Below the pieces are notes generated by a model. It was not told the DNA's origin and made no database searches. It worked only from the letters and a program-made list of their open reading frames with translations. A stretch of DNA of 24,000 nucleotides from an uncultured Clostridia bacterium. GTDB lineage: Bacteria > Bacillota > Clostridia > DSM-8532. Both the position numbers and the translations under genes were made by a program. This document shows, in pieces, positions 17,670-23,482 of the stretch (position 1 is the stretch's first letter; each line of letters starts with the position of its first letter). The DNA lies in the NCBI GenBank assembly GCA_942493335.1, contig OW818693.1:1566644-1590643 (forward strand), read 5' to 3'.

Positions 17670-17867
17670 AGCCTTCTTGGAATCGAGCTTCTCCTGTTCA
17701 TCATCTTCAGCACTCAAGATTGCGTCATTGTCAAGCCGGTCTATTACCGTCGATGCGAGTCGTTCTTGCTCACGGGCTTCACGTTCTTTTGACTCGTGAA
17801 GCCTCTGCTCAAGTTCTTTATTCAGCCGGTCTCTTTCCCGCTTATCTCGTTCTGCTTTTTCTACCAA
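17385..17867 (-). CDS. Coiled-coil plus C-terminal zinc-ribbon protein (paralog A), 160 aa
   Basis: The charged N-terminus (ERDKRERDRLNKELEQRLHESKEREAREQERL) is predicted coiled-coil. C-terminus WYECEKCGEMCDEGDMKEHGGFGRLNKGVCRSCEI (CxxC...CxxC). TTG start. The reading frame stays open upstream without a start, and a 55-codon ORF with a good SD (ATG 18025, ends 17861) is in another frame, so the 5' end is possibly frameshifted. Confidence 0.6.
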   Translation of the reverse strand: MVEKAERDKRERDRLNKELEQRLHESKEREAREQERLASTVIDRLDNDAILSAEDDEQEKLDSKKATETFQAIRRQYAQREPQMTRCGGIGHHNDDFEHEQAKAEMRQHFDASSSDMQFDSFWVRWYECEKCGEMCDEGDMKEHGGFGRLNKGVCRSCEI

Positions 17868-18069
17868 GAGCCGCTCGCGTTCACGAACAAGAGTCGAATG
17901 AACTTCATCATACCCTCTCGTCCATTCTGACTCCCAGCAACTACATCAAGCCTGAATGCCTTTTGGGCCTTTGTCTCCTGTACTTCAACAACCTGCTCTT
18001 GCTTAACAACTTTGTTCTTGTTCATTTGGTTCCCTCAAACTCTCTTTTAGTTCACCTTATTTTGTGACC

Positions 18070-18258
18070 GTTACAAGTTTGAGAGCAAGAGCGTTTTGTG
18101 TATGGCTTTCTGTACAGTTAGTTTATCAGTTGTAATTCTCACTTTGTGTGTTTTGTACGGTAACTTTTTCTTTGTGCTTTGATGTATAGTAACTGCAAAC
18201 ATCTTGAAAGAAACCATTTGTAACCGTGGCAGAGAAGGTGTAGACTTTTGGTGGTTAC
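18070..18258 (+). promoter_or_regulatory. Array of five GTAAC/GTTAC-containing sites upstream of the ATP-grasp operon (candidate operators)
   Basis: GTTAC at 18070 and 18254. GTAAC at 18160, 18189 and 18220. When oriented alike they read T(T/A)GTAAC(C/G). About 0.5 occurrences would be expected by chance in about 240 nt. TTTGT(G/A) is also reiterated about 7 times. Confidence 0.3.
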
Positions 18259-18299
18259 TAATATTGGCAATGAAATCAGTTGTGTTGCAGGAGGTTTGT

Positions 18300-18908
18300 A
18301 TGAATCAAAAGAATCCGCTGTTCTCGTATCGAACTGCTTGTCCTGATAACATTCCGGTGACAGAACAAGAGGTAGCCAGACACTACGACAGCAGAACCGG
18401 TCTTTGGTATGAGGCGGGTGGTGTTCCCGTTATTGAGAAATTCGTGAACTCACGTGTGAGAGATAAGAGGGCTGAAACCCACACAACAGACTCCCGTGAG
18501 GGTATCGACAGAGGCGAAACATCCTCGCCTCCGCCTCGTTATCTGAACGATACTCGAAGAACACAAGCTGGACCAGACGAAACCCTTATAACCGAAACCA
18601 GAGAAAGCATTGACCGAAGTGAAGGTTCTGTTCACTACGAAGACTTTGTGGCTCTAAAAGGACCTGATGAAACGCTGATTACAAAGACAAGGGAAGGTAT
18701 CGACACAAGTGAATCCTCTTCCTTTGTCCCATTTGTTGCAGAAGAATACAAAATCAAGGCATCCGGCTCTGCTGAAACGCTTATAACGCGTTCGAGAGAA
18801 GGTATTGACACAACCGAAAGAAGCAACGAAATACATGACTATATGTTTCAAACCATCCAAACATTCACGCGTGAATCGACCGACAGAAACGAGGAACAAT
18901 CGGAATGA
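18300..18908 (+). CDS. Multi-core graspetide-type precursor protein (202 aa) with five repeats of a T/S- and E/D-rich motif
   Basis: I prefer ATG 18300 (AGGAGG 7 nt upstream) to the TTG at 18204. Repeats: AETHTTDSREGIDRGE, DETLITETRESIDRSE, DETLITKTREGIDTSE, AETLITRSREGIDTTE, QTIQTFTRESTDRNEE. ATGA overlap with the ATP-grasp gene start. Confidence 0.75.
   Translation: MNQKNPLFSYRTACPDNIPVTEQEVARHYDSRTGLWYEAGGVPVIEKFVNSRVRDKRAETHTTDSREGIDRGETSSPPPRYLNDTRRTQAGPDETLITETRESIDRSEGSVHYEDFVALKGPDETLITKTREGIDTSESSSFVPFVAEEYKIKASGSAETLITRSREGIDTTERSNEIHDYMFQTIQTFTRESTDRNEEQSE
18471..18896 (+). repeat. In-frame coding repeats (5 units; 18471-18518, 18576-18623, 18666-18713, 18771-18818, 18849-18896)
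   Basis: Consensus (D/A)ET(L/H)(I/T)Tx(T/S)RE(G/S)IDx(S/T/G)E. The three central units share GAAAC(C/G)CT(T/G)AT(A/T)AC at the DNA level. Spacing is 30-35 codons. Confidence 0.8.
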
Positions 18909-19849
18909 TAACGTGTCCGAAGGTTCTCTTCGTAACAAATCGGGAGGATTTCGCCATCGACTTCCTCCTATATCGGTTCAAAGACAAAGGGATACCCTAT
19001 CTACGTATCAACTCTGAGGATATCACGGAATGTGATATAACCTGGGAATACGGTAAAGAAGTAACCTTTTCATATAGCGGAGACTCTTATGATTTAGAGG
19101 CTGTCAAATCGGTATACTTTCGTCGCGCTCCTTCTATCTTTCCACAAGGGGTTGACCCGACGGACACTCCTTTTCTTAGGGGTGAAAGACGTGATTTCTT
19201 CGAAGGGTTGTATATGACCCTTGAAGCTAGATGGGTGAATCCTCTTTTCAGCACCTACATAGCCGAAAAGAAACTATATCAGCTCAACGTAGCACGGCAA
19301 GTTGGCTTTACCATCCCAAAATCGATAGTCACAAATAGACCACAAGACATCCTCAGCTTTCTTTCGAACGGCCCCAGTATCATGAAACCTATCTCGCATG
19401 GTCTTCAGGTGAAGGTTGGCGAAGCTTACTCAATCTATACATCGGTTATCCAAGCAGCCGATTTCAAGGACCTTGAGAACACCTTTGAAGCACCCGTTCT
19501 GGTACAAACAAGAATTCCAAACACTTGTGATATAAGGGCTACAGTCGTTGGCAACAAGGTATTCGCTGTCGAGATACACCAAGAAGGCGAACCAAATGTT
19601 GATTGGAGAGTGCTCGAAGCAACCAAGCGTTATGTTCTTCACGAATTACCGCCTGATATCATATCCATGATGCTTAACCTGCATAAATCATTAGGGCTTG
19701 TCTACTCAGCCTTCGATTTCATCCTAACACCAGACGGAGAGTATGTGTTCCTTGAAACGAATCCTGCTGGAGAATGGGTTTGGATAGAAAGAGAGACAGG
19801 TCTGCCTATAGCAGAAGCCTTGTGCTCGGAGTTGATTGATGAAAAATAA
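18905..19849 (+). CDS. ATP-grasp peptide macrocyclase (MdnC/MvdD-like, RiPP maturase family), 314 aa
   Basis: VLFVTNREDFAIDFLLYRFKDKGIPYLRINSED (N-terminal precursor-binding domain pattern). DIRATVVGNKVFAVEI...VDWR. GLVYSAFDFILTPDGEYVFLETNPAGEWVWIERETGLPIAEALCSELI closely matches the FLE.NP.GqW.W.E..TG.pI signature of microviridin-type ligases. Confidence 0.9.
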   Translation: MITCPKVLFVTNREDFAIDFLLYRFKDKGIPYLRINSEDITECDITWEYGKEVTFSYSGDSYDLEAVKSVYFRRAPSIFPQGVDPTDTPFLRGERRDFFEGLYMTLEARWVNPLFSTYIAEKKLYQLNVARQVGFTIPKSIVTNRPQDILSFLSNGPSIMKPISHGLQVKVGEAYSIYTSVIQAADFKDLENTFEAPVLVQTRIPNTCDIRATVVGNKVFAVEIHQEGEPNVDWRVLEATKRYVLHELPPDIISMMLNLHKSLGLVYSAFDFILTPDGEYVFLETNPAGEWVWIERETGLPIAEALCSELIDEK

Positions 19850-20861
19850 GCAAAAAACTGTAGATTTGGGTTCCACACAAACTGAGGTGCAACCAAAAAT
19901 CGCTATGGCTGAGAAAAAGCCAATGGTAGCAGCAACAGAACAGAAAGACCCGGTTTGGCAAGACGAGTATCTATCGCCGAACATAGAAAGTAAACCACTA
20001 ACGGTCAAACTAATTTGGAAAAGTATAAAAGACTTTTTCATATTTCTTCTTCATGCAATATCCCCACATGCATATCCAACGCCACCAAAACTAGCTCTCC
20101 CCGATATAACATCAGATGATGAGCATTTAGCCTTCGATATGTGTAAGTCGCTGTATGAAGCATCACATTCAAGAATCGATAATCTTGAAGATAAATCGAT
20201 GAAGTTGCTCCCTTATATCACAGCCCTCTTTGCCTTCTATTCATTTGCTTATCTAAACATAGCGAATATCCCCACAAAGGTATCTTTGTTGACAGCAATG
20301 CTTTTTTTGCTTCTATCTATCATCATTTCCTTTCGTTGTGTTAGCGTAAAAGGGCGTAGAGCCATATTCATCCCTACCATATACGATATGGACGAAAAAC
20401 CACCAAAAGAGCTTTTTAAGAGAAACACAATATCAAAGGGTTACCTGAAATCTGCAATCATAAACCAGTCCGTGGCTGATAACACCGCTGATATCCTACG
20501 CGCTGCAAGAAGCACCTTAACACTCGCTCTGATTATTGGTTTAGTCGGTTGTATGGTTGGTGTTATAGGATTGTTTGGTGCAGAAAAAACTAGTCAGGAC
20601 GTAAAAATCCTTCAACAAAATGAGACAACCATATTGGTGAAAAGCGTTCAAGATGAGGCAATAGCCATACGAGGGTTAACCGAAAGAATAACAAGCAAGT
20701 ATGAGATACAACAGGACAGCGAGAATGGCAAGCTCGAGCGAAAGAACCAGGAGTTGTCAGATGCCCTAGATACCACGACCAAGAAGGTCGATAAACTAGA
20801 AAGTGAACTCAAAAACCTCTTGGAAAAACTCAACACAGAACCTGTTCCAGCAACAAAGTAA
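19839..20861 (+). CDS. Multi-TM membrane protein with C-terminal coiled coil (340 aa)
   Basis: ATG 19839 overlaps the ATP-grasp 3' end by 11 nt, with GGAG about 9 nt upstream. TM segments LLPYITALFAFYSFAYLNI, VSLLTAMLFLLLSIIISF, LTLALIIGLVGCMVGVIGLFG. The segment before TM1 (SHSRIDNLEDKSMKLL) is reminiscent of DUF5706/SLATT-type TM effector N-termini (weak). C-terminal heptad-like ELSDALDTTTKKVDKLESELKNLLEKL. Confidence 0.75.
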   Translation: MKNKQKTVDLGSTQTEVQPKIAMAEKKPMVAATEQKDPVWQDEYLSPNIESKPLTVKLIWKSIKDFFIFLLHAISPHAYPTPPKLALPDITSDDEHLAFDMCKSLYEASHSRIDNLEDKSMKLLPYITALFAFYSFAYLNIANIPTKVSLLTAMLFLLLSIIISFRCVSVKGRRAIFIPTIYDMDEKPPKELFKRNTISKGYLKSAIINQSVADNTADILRAARSTLTLALIIGLVGCMVGVIGLFGAEKTSQDVKILQQNETTILVKSVQDEAIAIRGLTERITSKYEIQQDSENGKLERKNQELSDALDTTTKKVDKLESELKNLLEKLNTEPVPATK

Positions 20862-20886
20862 GGGTATGCGGCGAAGCCGCACACCC
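20862..20886 (+). terminator. GC-rich hairpin immediately after the operon stop codon
   Basis: gggtatgcggc-gaa-gccgcacaccc. 11-bp stem with one mismatch and a 3-nt loop. The trailing T-tract is poor. Confidence 0.5.
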
Positions 20887-21398
20887 TCAATTGCATATTC
20901 TTGCTGTCCTCCTGTTCACCAACCAGATACATCAAATCTGTATCTTAAGAAGAATGTTTCTGTCGCTGAGTTGAAAGCCATATCTGCTAAAGCATTTGGG
21001 TTTATCTCGAAGTCCCAATCCTGCTTGCCTATTATGATGTATACGTATATATCTATCGTACCAGTTAAGAAATATCTTCTGTGGTCAAGCCTCATCCAAG
21101 CAGAAAAGCGTGCATTACTCATCTATTGTTCAGACTCAATGGCCATATCGTCTACCAACACCCATTTATAGCCATCACTTGTCTACCTCATATGATATAC
21201 TGCTCCATAGAGTAATGTAATAAAATCTCAGAATTTGTATATGATGACTAGATATTGATATACAATCAGAGACGTTTCGGAAGCTATTCGAGGACAAGAA
21301 GTTCTACGAAGCCGTCATGGGAGCTGTTGGGAGAGATGTGTATAAGTATTTGATGTCATAGTAACAAAGAGGCTCACTAATTATAGGAGGAGGCAGAA

Positions 21399-22367
21399 AT
21401 GAGAAAAGCACTTTGCGTCGGAATTGACAATTATGAAACAATCAACGACCTGCATGGATGTGTAAATGATGCGAACGGAGTAAAGGCTGTGCTTGACCGG
21501 AACGGTGATAGCACATTGAATTTTCAGACCCGCTTGATGTGTTCGACAAGTGAGAACTCGTATATAAGAAGAGGCGATTTGAAGGACGCAATTGAAGAGT
21601 TATTCAGAAGTGAATCTGAGATAGCGATTCTGTATTATGCAGGGCATGGCTCATATGATGAAAATGGCGGCTATTTATGCACTAGCGAAGTGAGTCGTTC
21701 TGATGACGGTTTATCTCTTGACGATATTATGGGAATAGTGTCACGGTCAAAAGCTCAAAACAAAGTGATTATACTCGATAGTTGCCATAGTGGGCTTGTG
21801 GGAACATCAAATTTGATGCCAAATTATTCTGTATTGCATAACGGAACGACTATTCTGGCCGCATGTGATGAAAAGCAATACGCATCGGAGGCAATGGGGC
21901 ATGGTGTATTTACGACTTTGCTTATAGAAGCGCTTTATGGCGGCGCAATGAATCTTTTAGGCGAGGTGTCACCTGGTAGCATATACTCATACATTGACCG
22001 CTCACTTGGTGGCTGGGAGCAACGTCCAGTGTTTAAGGCAAACATCAAATCCTTTGTGTCCCTAAGAAAAAATTCTCCTCCCATTCCAATAGAAGAATTA
22101 CGGCGCATAAAGGAATTTTTTCCCTCCCCATATGAGGAGTTCTCACTTGACCCCACATACGAGCCGGACAAACACGAGGCTGATATGCAGGATGTAAACA
22201 AAGAACACGAAGCCGTATTCGCAATACTGCAAAAGTATGTTAAGCTGAATTTGGTTGTGCCTGAAGGCGCAGAGCATATGTACTATGCCGCATTAAACCA
22301 CAAGTCTTGCAAATTAACTTCACAAGGTCAGCATTATTGGAATCTTGTTACAAAAGAAACAATATGA
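21399..22367 (+). CDS. Caspase-like (peptidase C14) protease with an uncharacterised C-terminal domain, 322 aa
   Basis: KALCVGIDNYETINDLHGCVNDANGV..., ILYYAGHGS (catalytic His) and VIILDSCHSG (catalytic Cys) form the caspase/metacaspase His-Cys dyad. Residues from about 200 to 322 have no motif I recognise. AGGAGGAGG RBS. Confidence 0.9.
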   Translation: MRKALCVGIDNYETINDLHGCVNDANGVKAVLDRNGDSTLNFQTRLMCSTSENSYIRRGDLKDAIEELFRSESEIAILYYAGHGSYDENGGYLCTSEVSRSDDGLSLDDIMGIVSRSKAQNKVIILDSCHSGLVGTSNLMPNYSVLHNGTTILAACDEKQYASEAMGHGVFTTLLIEALYGGAMNLLGEVSPGSIYSYIDRSLGGWEQRPVFKANIKSFVSLRKNSPPIPIEELRRIKEFFPSPYEEFSLDPTYEPDKHEADMQDVNKEHEAVFAILQKYVKLNLVVPEGAEHMYYAALNHKSCKLTSQGQHYWNLVTKETI

Positions 22368-22424
22368 AATCACCGACTCACCAAGAGGCAAAGGGACAAA
22401 TCAACGAAAGGAATGGTATAGACA

Positions 22425-22811
22425 ATGGTGAAGAAGAACGTATTCATTAGTCATCGCTGGGATTATGAAGAAGACTACGAAAAAATTAGTGCTGTGCTAG
22501 ACCGGACAAAATACGACGTGTCAAATCGCTCGGTTGAGAGTTCGGACCCTCTAGTTGGCACAAAAAAAGAAGTTACAGTCGCTATAAAGGCGAAGATTGA
22601 CAGTGCAAGTGTTGTGCTTGCACCCGCTCGTCCAGCAGCGGTCACATCTGGAAGCATGGGGCGTAAGGAAATTGATTATGCCGTAAGCAAAAAAAAGAAA
22701 ATCATAGCTGTCGATACTGGGACCACGCAATCCGTAGCTAGCTATTGGAAAGAAAACGACATCCCTGTAGTCACATGCCGTAAAGACAGTGTCGAGAATG
22801 CAATAGGATAG
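22425..22811 (+). CDS. TIR-like domain protein (DUF1863 / ThsB-like), 128 aa
   Basis: KNVFISHRWDYEEDYEKI start typical of TIR-like/DUF1863. IDSASVVLAP...SGSMGRKEIDYAVSKKKKIIAV matches the i..s..vivl...S.w...Ei..a...gkpiigv pattern. Lies 57 nt downstream of the caspase-like gene. Weak SD. Confidence 0.6.
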   Translation: MVKKNVFISHRWDYEEDYEKISAVLDRTKYDVSNRSVESSDPLVGTKKEVTVAIKAKIDSASVVLAPARPAAVTSGSMGRKEIDYAVSKKKKIIAVDTGTTQSVASYWKENDIPVVTCRKDSVENAIG

Positions 22812-22842
22812 TATTCTATAATGTCCGCAAAGGCATAATTTA

Positions 22843-22882
22843 GCCCTTAATAGAGCTTGATTACAAGCAAGCTCTATTGAGG
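22843..22882. terminator. Long hairpin between convergent genes (likely bidirectional terminator)
   Basis: cccttaatagagcttg (22843-22858) and caagctctattgaggg (22867-22882) form a 16-bp stem with one mismatch and an 8-nt loop. The T-tract is weak. Confidence 0.55.
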
Positions 22883-22961
22883 GTTAAATTCGTTGCCGCA
22901 GTCACCCATGACATTCAAGAAGAAAGTATATACATGCCATTCCAGGCATGAAGATTTTCAG

Positions 22962-23268
22962 CACCAAAGATAGCAGAGTATAGTCAAATCTCACACGACC
23001 GGCATACCCCCCGATTCAACCTTCCAAAATCACCATGCTCCTTCATGTCTTCCTCGTCGCACAGCGCTCCACACTTTTCGCACTCAAACCATCTGACCCC
23101 AAATGAGTCATACTGTTTCTCAACAGATGAGACGTCAAAGTATTGTCGCATCTCTGTCTTTGCGATTTCATGTTCGACATTATCGTCATGGCGTCCTTTG
23201 ACAATTCGTCGTATGATTTGTGATTCACGCTGAGCATATTGTCGACGAATGGCACGAAATGTCTCAGT
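22962..23268. repeat. Direct repeat copy B (see 17362-17669)
   Basis: Same orientation as copy A. Homology ends at the codons for (T)ETF(Q/R)AIRRQ at the upstream side, and about 20 nt past the stop codon at the downstream side. Confidence 0.7.
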
Positions 23269-23274
23269 TTCCAT
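22984..23274 (-). CDS. Zinc-ribbon protein (paralog B), about 96 aa from ATG 23274
   Basis: METETFRAIRRQYAQRESQ...WFECEKCGALCDEEDMKEHGDFGRLNRGVCRSCEI is collinear with residues 67-160 of the 17385..17867 product. The longer ORF-track start (23367) adds non-protein-like sequence. Confidence 0.6.
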   Translation of the reverse strand: METETFRAIRRQYAQRESQIIRRIVKGRHDDNVEHEIAKTEMRQYFDVSSVEKQYDSFGVRWFECEKCGALCDEEDMKEHGDFGRLNRGVCRSCEI

Positions 23275-23467
23275 CGTGAGAAAAATGGGGGCGCTTCTTT
23301 TTCGTCCTGATAACAGCGAGCATGTCGTTACCGCAGAAAGCGCATGAACAATTGCATCTACGACCATACTCTTCGGGTTTTAGGTCAGCGATATAGACGA
23401 TTTTCCCATTCCTTTTCGCAAAAGGATTTTTAAGGTCACCCATATCCCGATTCTCCATATAGCGCAA
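23264..23467 (-). CDS. Short Cys-rich ORF resembling only the N-terminal zinc finger/HFxH segment of CoiA-like proteins (probable truncated remnant)
   Basis: GKIVYIADLKPEEYGRRCNCSCAFCGNDMLAVIRTKKKRPHFSHDGN* resembles C.C..C...l......pHFaH. It stops right at the repeat boundary and no nuclease domain follows. TTG/ATG start ambiguous, weak SD. Confidence 0.35.
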   Translation of the reverse strand: MRYMENRDMGDLKNPFAKRNGKIVYIADLKPEEYGRRCNCSCAFCGNDMLAVIRTKKKRPHFSHDGN

Positions 23468-23482
23468 ATGTTGAACTGCATA

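Noticed and set aside
18204-18299. TTG start at 18204 proposed by the ORF track for the repeat protein (234 aa)
   Set aside because: It has no SD and the N-terminal extension is odd (MKETICNRGREGVDFWWLLILAM...). ATG 18300 has AGGAGG at ideal spacing. The extension also overlaps two of the GTAAC/GTTAC leader sites.
18471-18896. Regularly spaced DNA repeats that could be mistaken for a CRISPR-like array
   Set aside because: The repeats are in frame within a single ORF and encode a conserved peptide motif. Units are imperfect at the DNA level, the 'spacers' are coding, and no cas genes are present.
20887-21398. ORFs 20803..21171 (+) and 20916..21122 (-), and a start-less reading ...ETFRKLFEDKKFYEAVMGAVGRDVYKYLMS* at 21262-21361
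   Set aside because: The minus ORF is preceded in frame by TAG with only 19 open codons upstream. The plus ORF overlaps the upstream gene and its terminator. The third has no start codon. They are probably gene debris, and the evidence is insufficient to annotate any of them.
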